Shown here: positions 1-10,330 of the stretch, in pieces
Layout of the letters: the number at the start of each line of letters is the position of its first letter
Numbering within the stretch: position 1 is the first letter of the stretch
Assembly: GCA_964642015.1 (NCBI GenBank)
Contig: CAZXLF010000001.1
Coordinates: forward strand, 432,168 to 496,167
DNA length: 64,000 bases
Origin: an uncultured Planctomycetia bacterium
Lineage (GTDB): Bacteria > Omnitrophota > Gorgyraeia > 2-02-FULL-51-18
Direction of reading: 5' to 3'
Translations under genes and position numbers: made by a program
Notes under the pieces: model-generated
What the model was told of the DNA's origin: nothing
Database searches by the model: none
What the model saw: only the letters and a program-made list of their open reading frames with translations

Positions 1-848
1 CCTTAAAAAACGCTTTGGAAAAAGAGCGGCTTCCGCATGGGCTTTTGTTCCAAGGCCCGGTCAATTCCGGCCAGCATGAGATGGCCATGGAGCTTGCGAA
101 AGCGGTGTTTTGTGAAAATAAAAAAGGTTTTGAGTCTTGCGATAGCTGTTACCACTGCCGGCAAATCGACCAAAACACGCATCCTGATTTTTTCACATTT
201 GGACTAGAAGAAGACGCTCGCGATATTAAGGTTGAAGCCATACGCGATCTGATCGCGCGAGCCAATCTAAAACCTTTCAGCGCAAGCGCGAAAGTTTTTG
301 TTATCGATCCCGCTGAGCGCATGAATGACGTTGCGCAGAATGCTTTTTTGAAGATCCTTGAAGAACCGATGGGGCGGACCATATTCGTTCTGATCAGTTC
401 GAGTCCTCAGCAGCTTCTGCCGACGATCCGTTCGCGTGTGCAGACACTTCATTTTACTCCGGTCACGCAGATGGAGGAAAAGGATCCGGAAAAGGAAAAG
501 CTTCAAAAGGGAGTGGTTGAATATGTTTTCTACCATGCAGACCAACCCCTGAAGTCGCCGGATATTTCAAAACTTAAACGGGAGGATCTTTCAAAAATAT
601 TTGACCGCTTGGTGAATTTTCACAGAGACCTACTGCTTTTAAAGGTCGATGCTGAGGAGATCATTGGCAATGAAGAAGGTCTGTTAGAAAAAAAGAAGCT
701 CGCCAAAGATTTTAGCGAGGAAGAGATCATGCAAAGAATAGAGTTATTCGGAGACGCGAAAGAAAAAGTAAGCGAAAATCTGAATGTGAAACTCGTCTTA
801 TCTTCTCTCTGGGAATCTCTCGCATCCGGCGTTTCTGCCAGGAAATAG
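1..848 (+). CDS. holB: DNA polymerase III subunit delta' (5' end probably lies outside the window)
   Basis: RLPHGLLFQGP, zinc motif FCE..SCDSCYHC, HPDF, AQNAFLKILEEP, LLPTIRSR. The frame is open upstream of the TTG at 15 to the window edge. Confidence 0.92.
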   Translation, partial: LKNALEKERLPHGLLFQGPVNSGQHEMAMELAKAVFCENKKGFESCDSCYHCRQIDQNTHPDFFTFGLEEDARDIKVEAIRDLIARANLKPFSASAKVFVIDPAERMNDVAQNAFLKILEEPMGRTIFVLISSSPQQLLPTIRSRVQTLHFTPVTQMEEKDPEKEKLQKGVVEYVFYHADQPLKSPDISKLKREDLSKIFDRLVNFHRDLLLLKVDAEEIIGNEEGLLEKKKLAKDFSEEEIMQRIELFGDAKEKVSENLNVKLVLSSLWESLASGVSARK

Positions 849-851
849 ACC

Positions 852-2411
852 ATGGATCAAAAATATTATCTAACGACGCCACTTTACTATGTGAACTCTA
901 AGCCGCATATCGGGCATTCATACACGGAGATCGCTGCCGATACTTTGGCTCGATGGCACAGGCTCACGGGAAAAGAAGTGTTTTTTCTTACCGGTACGGA
1001 CGAACACGGCCAGAAAGTAGCCAAAGCTGCCGAGGTAGCAGGGATGACGCCCAAAGAATTCACGGATAAGATCTCTCTCACATTCCGCGAACTTTGGAAA
1101 ACGCTCAACATTTCCGAGCATGATTTTATCCGCACGACCGAAGAACGCCACAAAAAGTGCGTAGAATTCGTATGGAACAAGATCAAAGGCACAAAGATCA
1201 ACAGCGAAGACGTGCTTTATCGCCACACGTATGATGGTTTTTACTGTGTCTCTTGCGAAACTTTCATTACCGAGGGACTTTTGGATCCCAATAATCCTGC
1301 GATTTGCCCTGATTGCAAAAAACCGCTGGAACGCATGAAGGAAGACACTTACTTCTTCCGCATGTCCGCTTATCAGGGCCGCCTGATAAGGGAGATTAAG
1401 GAAGGTACGTTCAAGATCCTGCCTGAGTCGCGCCGTAATGAAGTTTTAGGGTTCCTTGAGCACAACAAGCTTTCGGATCTCAGCGTATCGCGTCCAAAAA
1501 GCCGTTTATCGTGGGGCATTCCGATCCCGTTCGATCCGGAGCATGTGACTTATGTCTGGTTTGACGCATTGATCAACTATGTCTCGGCAGTAGGTTATGG
1601 AAATAATGAAAATTTGTTTAAAAAATGGTGGCCCGCCGATGTCCATATCATCGGCAAGGACATTATCCGGCATCATGCGGTCATTTGGCCGACACTTCTT
1701 TATGCGCTTGAAGTGCCGTTGCCTAAGCTGATCTTTGCGCATGGCTGGTGGACTGTTGACGGCGAAAAGATGTCGAAATCACTCGGTAATGCCGTTGATC
1801 CGACGGATATTGTGAAACAATATGGTGTTGACTCTTACCGTTATTTTTTATTGAGAGAGACGCCTTTCGGCGAGGATGGCACTTTTAGTGAAGAGGCGCT
1901 GATCAAGCGATTTAACATGGATTTGGCGAATGATCTGGGAAATTTATTGAGTCGCTCTCTTACTATGTGCGAAAAATATTACGATGGAAACATTCCGGAA
2001 GGTGGCACTGATTCTTATGCCCCATTGAAGGTAGATATTAATGAGTTAGCTCCGAAACTTAAAATGCTTATGGACCATTTAGCATTTTCGGAGGCGTTGG
2101 GAGAAATTTGGAGTCTTGTTAATCAAGCTAACAAATACATTGAAGAATCTGCGCCATGGAAACTATCAAAAGAGGGCAAATTGGACGATCTTAGAATTGT
2201 TATGATAGTTCTTCATGAGACATTGAAAGCGGTGGCACAAGCTGTGTGGCCATTTATGCCTGTCACAGGCGAAGCAATTTGGACTCAGCTTGGTTTGCAA
2301 GGTAAACCTTGCGATCAACCGTTTAGAGAAAATATGTGGGGATTTTTTAAAAATGGCGGAAAGATCGCCAAAGGATCGCCGCTTTTTCCCAGGATTGAGG
2401 TAAAAAAATAA
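852..2411 (+). CDS. metG: Methionine--tRNA ligase (short form without the C-terminal tRNA-binding domain)
   Basis: YYLTTPLYYVN, HIGH, GTDEHGQK, CVSC/CPDC zinc knuckle, YVWFDAL, KMSKS. Confidence 0.97.
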   Translation: MDQKYYLTTPLYYVNSKPHIGHSYTEIAADTLARWHRLTGKEVFFLTGTDEHGQKVAKAAEVAGMTPKEFTDKISLTFRELWKTLNISEHDFIRTTEERHKKCVEFVWNKIKGTKINSEDVLYRHTYDGFYCVSCETFITEGLLDPNNPAICPDCKKPLERMKEDTYFFRMSAYQGRLIREIKEGTFKILPESRRNEVLGFLEHNKLSDLSVSRPKSRLSWGIPIPFDPEHVTYVWFDALINYVSAVGYGNNENLFKKWWPADVHIIGKDIIRHHAVIWPTLLYALEVPLPKLIFAHGWWTVDGEKMSKSLGNAVDPTDIVKQYGVDSYRYFLLRETPFGEDGTFSEEALIKRFNMDLANDLGNLLSRSLTMCEKYYDGNIPEGGTDSYAPLKVDINELAPKLKMLMDHLAFSEALGEIWSLVNQANKYIEESAPWKLSKEGKLDDLRIVMIVLHETLKAVAQAVWPFMPVTGEAIWTQLGLQGKPCDQPFRENMWGFFKNGGKIAKGSPLFPRIEVKK

Positions 2412-3559
2412 TGGAAGCCTATCTCGATTATAATGCGACAACACCGGTTGATCCGCGCGTGTTCGAAGAGATGAGGCCGTATTTATCGGTGGAATATGGA
2501 AATGCCTCTAGTTTTCATAAAAAAGGGCAGTCCGGCCGCAATGCTATCGAATTAGCCCGCGAAAGGATCGCCAATCATCTTGAAGTCGAGCCGGGAGATA
2601 TTATTTTCACTTCGGGCGGCACCGAAGCCGATAATCTGGCCGTCAAAGGTGTTATGGAATTATTCAGAGGAAAAAAAGATCATCTTGTCGTCTCAACGAT
2701 CGAACATCAAGCGGTTTTATATCCGGCGCAGTATTTGGAAAAGCAGGGCGTGAAAGTGACTTTTATTCCGGTCGATAAAAGCGGCATCGTGGATCTGGAT
2801 GCCTTGAAGAAAAGCGTGACCGAAAACACAGCACTTGTCAGCATCATGCATGTGAATAATGAAGTCGGCACGATACAACCAATTAAAGAGATCTCAGAAA
2901 TAGCGCACGCGAAAGGCGCTTTATTTCATACGGATGCGGTTCAGTCTTTCGGTAAGATTTCCATTGATATCGAAGATGTAAAGCCGGACATGGTTTCTAT
3001 ATCGAGCCATAAAATTTGCGGTCCAAAAGGTGCCGGCGCGCTTTATCTGAAAAAAGGTGTCAAGATTAAACCAATGCTTCACGGAGGCCATCAGGAAAAA
3101 AATATACGTCCCGGTACTGAAAATGTGGCGGCGATCGTCGGTTTTGGAAAGGCGACGGAGCTTTTGTCCGAAAGCAGGGAATCTGAACATGTGCTTAAAT
3201 TGAAAAACAAACTTGAGGCGGGTCTAAGGAAGAAAGTGCCGAACATTCATCTTAATGGCCATGAGATCCAGAGGATTTATAACACGCTGAACCTTTCATT
3301 TGAAGGTCTGGACGGGGAGACGCTTTTGATGAATCTGGACCTCAAAAATATTTATGCCTCAACCGGTTCTGCCTGCACCGCCGGGTCAGTGGAATCATCT
3401 CACGTCTTGCTTGCGATGGGCATTGGCGAAAAACTTGCACAGTCGGCGATCCGTTTTTCTTTGGGGCGGTTCACGACGGAGCAGGAAATCGATTACGCGC
3501 TCGTCGAAATCCCGCCTATTATTGAACGCTTAAGGAAGGGTTCAACCAGTGCTCGTTGA
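2411..3559 (+). CDS. iscS: Cysteine desulfurase (IscS/NifS group I)
   Basis: YLDYNATTP, FTSGGTEADN, HTDAVQ, SSHK (PLP lysine), STGSACT (catalytic Cys). Confidence 0.92.
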   Translation: MEAYLDYNATTPVDPRVFEEMRPYLSVEYGNASSFHKKGQSGRNAIELARERIANHLEVEPGDIIFTSGGTEADNLAVKGVMELFRGKKDHLVVSTIEHQAVLYPAQYLEKQGVKVTFIPVDKSGIVDLDALKKSVTENTALVSIMHVNNEVGTIQPIKEISEIAHAKGALFHTDAVQSFGKISIDIEDVKPDMVSISSHKICGPKGAGALYLKKGVKIKPMLHGGHQEKNIRPGTENVAAIVGFGKATELLSESRESEHVLKLKNKLEAGLRKKVPNIHLNGHEIQRIYNTLNLSFEGLDGETLLMNLDLKNIYASTGSACTAGSVESSHVLLAMGIGEKLAQSAIRFSLGRFTTEQEIDYALVEIPPIIERLRKGSTSAR

Positions 3560-4325
3560 TACACATTGCCATTTGCATTTTGATGCATTCGATGCCGATC
3601 GCGAGAAGGTGATCGAGCGTGCGCGTGAGTTTGGCTTAAAGTATTTGGTCAATGTTGGTACCGATCCCGAAACAAATCAGGCGGCATTCGAACTAGCCAG
3701 CAAACACGACGATATGTTTCATACGGCGGGCCTTCATCCGCATCATTCACATCAGATCACTGAAGAAGGGATAAAAGAGTTGAAGGAATTTGTCTTGAAG
3801 AATAAACCTTATGCGATCGGTGAAATCGGGCTTGATTATTTCAAGAGCGAAGCGGATCCCGAAACTCAGAAAACAGTTTTTGCCAAAATGTTACGTTTAG
3901 CTATGGAAGTAAATTTGCCGGTGATCGTGCACTCGCGCAACGCTTTTGAAGACACGATGAAAATTATCAAAGAAGAGACGGGTGGGAAGATCAAAGGCGT
4001 CATGCATTGTTTTTCTTATGATGAGGCGGCTTTGGAGGAATTGTTGAAAATAGGATTTCTTGCTTCGTTTACGTGCAATCTTACTTTTAAAAACACTGGT
4101 CCGCTCTTGGAAGTCGCTAAGAAAGCACCGCTTGACCGAATAATGCTCGAGACAGATTCTCCGTATCTTGCGCCTCAAATATATCGCGGAAAACGCAATG
4201 AGCCGTCCTGTTTGGTTAATTTGTCGCAATTTTTGTCCGAACAGAGAGGGATCGATCAGGAGAAGCTTGAATCAGTTACCACGGAAACCGCCATCCGTTT
4301 CTTCGATCTGAAAAATAAAAAATGA
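3549..4325 (+). CDS. tatD: TatD family DNase
   Basis: DTHCHL, GLHPH, IGEIGLDY, HSR, HCFS, ETDSPYLAP. Confidence 0.95.
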   Translation: MLVDTHCHLHFDAFDADREKVIERAREFGLKYLVNVGTDPETNQAAFELASKHDDMFHTAGLHPHHSHQITEEGIKELKEFVLKNKPYAIGEIGLDYFKSEADPETQKTVFAKMLRLAMEVNLPVIVHSRNAFEDTMKIIKEETGGKIKGVMHCFSYDEAALEELLKIGFLASFTCNLTFKNTGPLLEVAKKAPLDRIMLETDSPYLAPQIYRGKRNEPSCLVNLSQFLSEQRGIDQEKLESVTTETAIRFFDLKNKK

Positions 4326-5371
4326 ACCGAATTGTGAGCGTTATCAAGGAGAACCGTCCGGCGTTTTTGATGGTTCTTTTTGTCGCGGTGTTCTATTTAT
4401 TTGTTTTTTACGCGGATCGCGCCGAAAAAAAAGATCTTAAAAACAGTCATGCTGAGAATTCCTATTCGATCGTTAGCGATAAAGAGATCAAAGCTAAAGA
4501 GGATCTTTTTGAAAAGAATATCCGCACTCACCATGTGTTCATCGCATTAGCTGCATTAATATTTCTTTTGGTGGTCATAAGCGGTTTTGCGCTTGATGGA
4601 TATTTGATTGGAAAGAAAATCAAAGGCCAGCCCCTGATCCAACCAACTTTATCTCACGACACTGTTTTATGGGGACTGAAGGATGTTGCTGAAGTGTTCG
4701 CTTTTTTATTTTTTATCGAATCGGTCATTTTGATCGTTGAACTTTTGGTGTCATATTTTTTAGATTTCAAAGGCCTGGAAAAACATTCGATCCTGATGCT
4801 GAATAGTTTGATCCGTGACGTTTCTGCAGCTACGTTTGTGATCTATCTTGTGGCCAAGCGTTTTAAGCACGAACTTTGGACGGTAGGGTTGACGACAAAA
4901 AATTTCTTTAAAAACGTAAAAATAGGCGTTATCGGGTATTTATCAATAATTCCGGCGATCCTGGCGGTGCTTTTTATTTTATCGGTGATAGCCAAAAAAT
5001 TTTCCTACGAACCTCCGGTACAACCGGTGGTACAGATCTATCTTAAGGAATCGGAGAAGAACTATCTTTTATTTTTTACCTTATTTGTGGCGATTGTCGG
5101 CCCGATCATAGAAGAGGTATTCTTCAGAGGTTTTACCTATAAGGCGTTTCGCCAGAAATGGGGTGTCTGGCGGGCGCTTACACTCTCCTCCGGCATTTTT
5201 GCGGCGCTGCATATGAGTCTGATCGGTTTTTTGCCTATTTTTATGCTCGGGTTTTTTCTGGCTTATCTATACGAAGCCACCGGGTCGCTTGTACCGTCGA
5301 TGATGGTGCATATGATCCATAATTTGATCATGGTATCGATGACCTTGATCTTTAAGAATTATTCGGGTTAG
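4322..5371 (+). CDS. CPBP (CAAX/Abi) family intramembrane metalloprotease
   Basis: Multiple hydrophobic helices; PIIEEVFFRG, FAALH and HMIHN motifs. Confidence 0.9.
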   Translation: MNRIVSVIKENRPAFLMVLFVAVFYLFVFYADRAEKKDLKNSHAENSYSIVSDKEIKAKEDLFEKNIRTHHVFIALAALIFLLVVISGFALDGYLIGKKIKGQPLIQPTLSHDTVLWGLKDVAEVFAFLFFIESVILIVELLVSYFLDFKGLEKHSILMLNSLIRDVSAATFVIYLVAKRFKHELWTVGLTTKNFFKNVKIGVIGYLSIIPAILAVLFILSVIAKKFSYEPPVQPVVQIYLKESEKNYLLFFTLFVAIVGPIIEEVFFRGFTYKAFRQKWGVWRALTLSSGIFAALHMSLIGFLPIFMLGFFLAYLYEATGSLVPSMMVHMIHNLIMVSMTLIFKNYSG

Positions 5372-5378
5372 GAATTGT

Positions 5379-6311
5379 ATGGTATCTAAAAATTTGAGAT
5401 CCTTCGGTGAATTCGGCTTGATCGATAAGATCGCCAAGATGACGCGCACGGATCGCTCGGTTCTTCTAGGAATAGGCGATGATACGGCTGTTCTTAAGAT
5501 AGGCGGCGCAAATATTCTTTTTACAACGGACATGCTGATCGAAGACAAGCATTTCAGATTGTCGGAGGCGACCGGCTTTGAGATCGGATGGAAAGCGCTG
5601 GCTGTAAATATAAGCGATATTGCGGCGATGGGCGGGTTACCGCTTCATGCGGTGGTGGCGGTAGGCCTGCCTCAGAGTTTGAATGTTCAATTTGTGATGA
5701 AAATATATGAAGGATTGCGCGCGGCGGCTAGACAATTTCACGTGAATATCGTCGGCGGCGATACGAACGCCTCAGAAAAATTAGTGATCTCTGTTGCGCT
5801 GATTGGAAGCTGCGGCAAGCGCCGACCGGTCATGCGGTCCGGCGCCAGGTCAGGGGACGTCGTCTTTGTGAGCGGTGCTCTGGGCGGTTCGTATGGATCA
5901 GGAAAACATTTGAATTTTATGCCGAGGATCGCTGAATCCCAGTATTTGATCAAAAATTTCAAGATTAATTCCATGATAGATATTTCTGATGGTTTGTCGT
6001 CGGACATCCATCGGTTGGCCAATGCAAGCCGTGTCGGTGCAGCGCTCACGCAGAGAGTGATCCCGGTTGCGCGGTCAACGGGAAAGATCGAAGAGGCTTT
6101 TACGGATGGCGAAGATTTTGAGCTTCTTTTCACCATGTCTTCAAAAGAAGCGGCGCGTTTGATGCTTGCCAAAAAACCGAAAACGCTGGCCGATTTCCAC
6201 GCGATAGGAAAAATAGTGCCCAGAAAATTTGGCATCAAACTTTTAAAAAATAACGGCAAGGAAGAGCCGCTTTTGGAAAAAGGATTTGATCATTTTCGTG
6301 ATAAAAGTTGA
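5379..6311 (+). CDS. thiL: Thiamine-monophosphate kinase
   Basis: GEFGLI, GIGDDTAV, NISDIAAMGG, VGGDT, DISDGL, GEDFELLFT. Confidence 0.95.
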   Translation: MVSKNLRSFGEFGLIDKIAKMTRTDRSVLLGIGDDTAVLKIGGANILFTTDMLIEDKHFRLSEATGFEIGWKALAVNISDIAAMGGLPLHAVVAVGLPQSLNVQFVMKIYEGLRAAARQFHVNIVGGDTNASEKLVISVALIGSCGKRRPVMRSGARSGDVVFVSGALGGSYGSGKHLNFMPRIAESQYLIKNFKINSMIDISDGLSSDIHRLANASRVGAALTQRVIPVARSTGKIEEAFTDGEDFELLFTMSSKEAARLMLAKKPKTLADFHAIGKIVPRKFGIKLLKNNGKEEPLLEKGFDHFRDKS

Positions 6312-6741
6312 GACCAATTCCGCGAAAGAAACCCAAAAGATCGGTAAAAAGATCGGTGCTTCGCTAAAGGCGGGCGATGTGGTAGCGCTCGAAGGGCCGC
6401 TCGGCGCTGGTAAGACGACTTTGGTCAAAGGGATCGCCGAAGGTCTTGGCGTGAAGGACAAAAAAGAGGTTGTGAGCCCTACATTTGTTCTCGTCCACGA
6501 ATATGAGGCTCGCGAGAAGATCTATCATATCGACTGGTATCGCCTGAAGAACGTTGAAGGGCAGGACAGAATGTTGGCGGAAGAATGTTTTGACTCGAAA
6601 GCCGTCACGCTGGTCGAATGGGCGGAGCGCGGCAAAGAGATTTTTCCTAAAAAACATATCAGGATATCATTGAAATATAAAGGACCCGAGAAGCGCTTGA
6701 TCCAAGTGAGCGGATTGAAGAATGAAAATATTGGCGTATGA
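6286..6741 (+). CDS. tsaE: tRNA t6A biosynthesis ATPase TsaE (exact start uncertain)
   Basis: LEGPLGAGKTT, VVSPTF, HIDWYRL, VEWAE. Confidence 0.95.
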   Translation: MIIFVIKVETNSAKETQKIGKKIGASLKAGDVVALEGPLGAGKTTLVKGIAEGLGVKDKKEVVSPTFVLVHEYEAREKIYHIDWYRLKNVEGQDRMLAEECFDSKAVTLVEWAERGKEIFPKKHIRISLKYKGPEKRLIQVSGLKNENIGV

Positions 6742-7399
6742 TACTTCCAGCGAGGTTTTGACCGCCGCCATTTTTGACGGTCAAAAAAAAGTAGCGGAGC
6801 TTGAATCCGGTTCATTTGCAAGGCACTCCAGTGTTTTGGTGCCGGTGCTGGACAAATTATTGAGATCAAGCCGGATCGATCTGTCTCAGATAGAGGTTAT
6901 TGCGGTGGGTTTGGGTCCGGGTTCTTTCACCGGACTGCGAGTGGGCGTCACGACTGCAAAGATACTTGCATATACCCGGCAGATAAAGCTTATTGGCGTT
7001 TCAAGTCTTGAATCGATCGCGCTTCAAGGTAAAGGCTTTGAGGGAGATATTGCGGTGATCCTGGACGCGAAAAAGGAAATGCTTTATGCGGGTTTATATG
7101 AAATCAGTGAAGGCCGATTTAAGATCATTCAAGATCCCAAGCTTGTCACAATAAATTCTTTGGTAAAAAATCTTAAAAAACCTCGGCTTTTTCTGGGGGA
7201 CGGCGTCAAGATCCATCATGATAAAATATCGGCCTCAGACCGATGCCGGATCATCGAGAAGGCTGATTCGGTTTATCCACGCGCGTCTTGCATTGTTCAG
7301 CGCGCAACGGATCTGGTCCAAAAAAAGCGCTGGGCAGATCCTTTTAAATTGGAACCTCTGTACCTTCATCCGCGTGATTGCAATGTAAATAAAAAATGA
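6722..7399 (+). CDS. tsaB: tRNA t6A biosynthesis protein TsaB
   Basis: MKILAYDTS, GLGPGSFTGLRVG, DAKK, LEPLYL. Confidence 0.95.
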   Translation: MKILAYDTSSEVLTAAIFDGQKKVAELESGSFARHSSVLVPVLDKLLRSSRIDLSQIEVIAVGLGPGSFTGLRVGVTTAKILAYTRQIKLIGVSSLESIALQGKGFEGDIAVILDAKKEMLYAGLYEISEGRFKIIQDPKLVTINSLVKNLKKPRLFLGDGVKIHHDKISASDRCRIIEKADSVYPRASCIVQRATDLVQKKRWADPFKLEPLYLHPRDCNVNKK

Positions 7400-8544
7400 A
7401 CAATGGCTCATTAAAATTCAGATCTGTTTCTTTTCCGCTTGTTTGGGCTGAAGTGGATCTCTCGGCGCTGAAGAATAATCTAAAGGTTATACGTGCCCGG
7501 CTTTCGGGCAGGAATACGAAAATTCTTTGCATCGTAAAGGCGGACGCTTATGGGCATGGCATGAAGGAAGTGGCCAAAGCACTAAGCAAGGAAGGAGTCG
7601 ATTTTTTTGGTGTGGCCACGATCGATGAAGCAGTTGATCTGAGGAGCGTGTGCCCAAAAGAAAAGATCTTGGTCTTAGGAAGTTTTCATCCAAGTCAGGT
7701 TCCGATTTATCAGCGGTACCGCATCATTCCGACTGTATCTTCTATAGAAGATCTTGATATGATCGAAAAAAGGCTGTTGGGCAGTAAAAAGATCAGCGTG
7801 CATGTAAAGATCGATACCGGAATGGGGCGTCTAGGAGTCTGGCATAAAGATGTGGAAAAATTTTTTACTGAATTAAAAAAAAGAAAGAGGATCGATCTGG
7901 ACGGAGTGTACACTCATTTTGCGAACGCCGATCAAAAAAACAAGGCTTTAACGCATCAGCAGATGGCGTTTTTTGAAGAAGCGCTGAAGAAGATCGCGAA
8001 GATCGGGTTTTATCCCCGATTTATTCACGCCGCGAACAGCATGGGACTCATGCGGTTCAGGCGTGCTCATTTGAATTTGGTGCGGCCGGGAATCGTTCTA
8101 TACGGCATGAATCCGCTGAAGGACAAAAAGTTTCCAAAACTAAAAGCGGTGTTGTCGCTTAAAACGCGGATCTCATTCTTAAAAGAGGTTGAGCGCGGGA
8201 GGGCGATCAGTTATGGTTCTACTCACAAAACATCGAAGAGCACTTTGATCGCGACATTACCGATCGGATACAGTCACGGCTACAGGGTCGGTTTTTCAAA
8301 TAAAGCTCACGTTCTCATCAGAGGCCACAAATGTCCCGTGGTAGGCCGGGTCACAATGGACCAGACACTTGTTGATGTGGGGCATGTTCCCGGTGTTAAG
8401 CGATGGGATGAAGTTACCTTAATAGGCAAAGACAAAGGCACAGAAGTGCAGGCCAGCGATTTAGCGGAATTGATAGAAAGCATCCCTTATGAAATTTCAT
8501 GCGCGATTCAGCGCTCTATCCCAAGGATTTACAAGGGCTTCTAG
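7396..8544 (+). CDS. alr: Alanine racemase
   Basis: VKADAYGHG (PLP lysine), KIDTGMGRLG, VRPGIVLYG, VGRVTMDQ. Confidence 0.96.
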   Translation: MNNGSLKFRSVSFPLVWAEVDLSALKNNLKVIRARLSGRNTKILCIVKADAYGHGMKEVAKALSKEGVDFFGVATIDEAVDLRSVCPKEKILVLGSFHPSQVPIYQRYRIIPTVSSIEDLDMIEKRLLGSKKISVHVKIDTGMGRLGVWHKDVEKFFTELKKRKRIDLDGVYTHFANADQKNKALTHQQMAFFEEALKKIAKIGFYPRFIHAANSMGLMRFRRAHLNLVRPGIVLYGMNPLKDKKFPKLKAVLSLKTRISFLKEVERGRAISYGSTHKTSKSTLIATLPIGYSHGYRVGFSNKAHVLIRGHKCPVVGRVTMDQTLVDVGHVPGVKRWDEVTLIGKDKGTEVQASDLAELIESIPYEISCAIQRSIPRIYKGF

Positions 8545-8563
8545 CTTACACGCCAGTTTTCTT

Positions 8564-8591
8564 TGGACACTCTTTTAATTCGTGCTATAAT
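8564..8591 (+). promoter_or_regulatory. Putative sigma70 promoter for the ilvB operon
   Basis: TGGACA (8564-8569), 16-nt spacer, then extended -10 TGcTATAAT (8583-8591), in the alr-ilvB gap. Confidence 0.7.
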
Positions 8592-8650
8592 ACAAAATTT
8601 ACTAAAATGGCTTAATATTGACTCCAAGAAAGGTTTGAGAGGATATTTTA

Positions 8651-10327
8651 ATGTCTAAGATGACAGGCGCGCAAGCGGTTGTTGAAGCGTTCATGAAAGA
8701 GAATGTCGAATATGTGTTCGGTTTACCGGGCGGAGCCTGTTTACCGCTTTATGACGCTTTGTATGACGCCAAATTTAAAGTGATTTTAGTCCGCCACGAA
8801 CAGGGTGCGGTCCACATGGCCGAAGGTTATGCGCGTTCCACCGGCCGGCCGGGCGTTGTTGTAGTCACTTCAGGTCCAGGCGCTACCAATACAGTGACAG
8901 GCATTGCGGACGCTTATATGGATTCTATTCCGCTGGTGGTCATTACAGGCCAAGTGAAATCTTTTTTGATCGGTAACGATGCATTCCAAGAAGCTGATGT
9001 TACCGGCATCACGCGTCCGATCACTAAACACAATTATCTCGTTAAAAAAGTGGAAGATCTGCCGCGCGTTTTGAAAGAAGCTTTTTATATCGCCACTCAC
9101 GGACGTCCGGGACCGGTGCTTGTTGATTTTCCATCTGATGTGAGCTTGATGAGCTTTGATTTTGATTACCCTGAATCTGTTAACATTCGTGGCTTTAAAC
9201 CGACCGTGCAAGGGCATGTGGGCCAGATTAAGAAAGCCGCCAAAATGATCGAGGAATCCAAGCGTCCAGTGGTTTATACCGGAGGCGGCGTGATTATTTC
9301 TGGTGCTTCAAAAGAATTGATCGAATTTGTCGAAAAAACGAAAACGCCGTGCACCAATACGCTGATGGGTTTGGGTGGCGTGCCCGGAACGCATCCTCAG
9401 TTCATGGGAATGCTCGGTATGCACGGGACTGTATACGCCAATCATGCGGTGAATGAGTGTGATCTTTTGATCGCGATCGGTGCGCGTTTTGATGACCGTG
9501 TGACGGGAGATCTTAAAAAATTCGCTCCGCATGCGAAGATCATCCACATCGACGTGGATCCCTCAGCGATCTCGAAGAACGTGAAAGTGGATATCCCGAT
9601 CGTCGGGGATGTCAGGCATGTGCTTCAGGAACTGAATAAGATCGTTGAGCCTGCCGACACAAAAGAGTGGCTTCAGTTGATCGAGCAGTGGAAAAAGGAA
9701 AGCCCTTTGCGTTACCGCGATGAAGGAGATGAGCTTCGTCCTCAATATGCGATTCAGAAGCTTTGCGATATTTTGGGAAGTGACGCGATCGTGACAACAG
9801 ATGTCGGACAGCATCAAATGTGGGCGGCGCAGTATTACAAGGTGAACGGTCCCAATCAATTTTTGACAAGCGGCGGCCTGGGCACGATGGGCTATGGTTT
9901 TCCGGCGGCGATCGGCGCGCAGTTTGCGTTTCCCAAGAAGACGGTTGTTTGCATATCGGGCGACGGATCGATCCAGATGAATATTCAGGAGATGGCCACG
10001 GCTGTCGTGAATAAATTGCCGGTAAAGATCGCGATCATCAACAATAACTATTTGGGCATGGTGCGCCAATGGCAGGAAGCGTTTTACAATCATCGCTATT
10101 CCAGCTCGACAATGAGCGGGAATCCGGATTTTGTCAAACTTTCCGAGGCTTATGGCGGGGCGGGGATTCGAGTGGATAAAAAACAAGACGTGGAAAAAGC
10201 GATCCGCTGGTCTCAATCGATCACGGACAGGCCTTGTATTCTCGACTTTGTCGTGAAAGAAGAGGAAAATGTTTATCCGATGATTCCCGCGGGTAGATCT
10301 TTCGAAGAAATCATGGATATGGCGTAA
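8651..10327 (+). CDS. ilvB: Acetolactate synthase large subunit
   Basis: VRHEQGA, TSGPGATN, GMLGMHG, GARFDDRVTG, GDGS...N TPP motif, LGMVRQWQ. Confidence 0.97.
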   Translation: MSKMTGAQAVVEAFMKENVEYVFGLPGGACLPLYDALYDAKFKVILVRHEQGAVHMAEGYARSTGRPGVVVVTSGPGATNTVTGIADAYMDSIPLVVITGQVKSFLIGNDAFQEADVTGITRPITKHNYLVKKVEDLPRVLKEAFYIATHGRPGPVLVDFPSDVSLMSFDFDYPESVNIRGFKPTVQGHVGQIKKAAKMIEESKRPVVYTGGGVIISGASKELIEFVEKTKTPCTNTLMGLGGVPGTHPQFMGMLGMHGTVYANHAVNECDLLIAIGARFDDRVTGDLKKFAPHAKIIHIDVDPSAISKNVKVDIPIVGDVRHVLQELNKIVEPADTKEWLQLIEQWKKESPLRYRDEGDELRPQYAIQKLCDILGSDAIVTTDVGQHQMWAAQYYKVNGPNQFLTSGGLGTMGYGFPAAIGAQFAFPKKTVVCISGDGSIQMNIQEMATAVVNKLPVKIAIINNNYLGMVRQWQEAFYNHRYSSSTMSGNPDFVKLSEAYGGAGIRVDKKQDVEKAIRWSQSITDRPCILDFVVKEEENVYPMIPAGRSFEEIMDMA

Positions 10328-10330
10328 AAA

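Noticed and set aside
4322-5371. Abi-domain protein as an anti-phage or bacteriocin immunity system
   Set aside because: It is a generic CPBP protease within housekeeping genes, with no defence or bacteriocin neighbours.
8607-8615. Mini-ORF ATG GCT TAA upstream of ilvB as a possible attenuator leader peptide
   Set aside because: It has only two codons, no Ile/Leu/Val run and no terminator hairpin.
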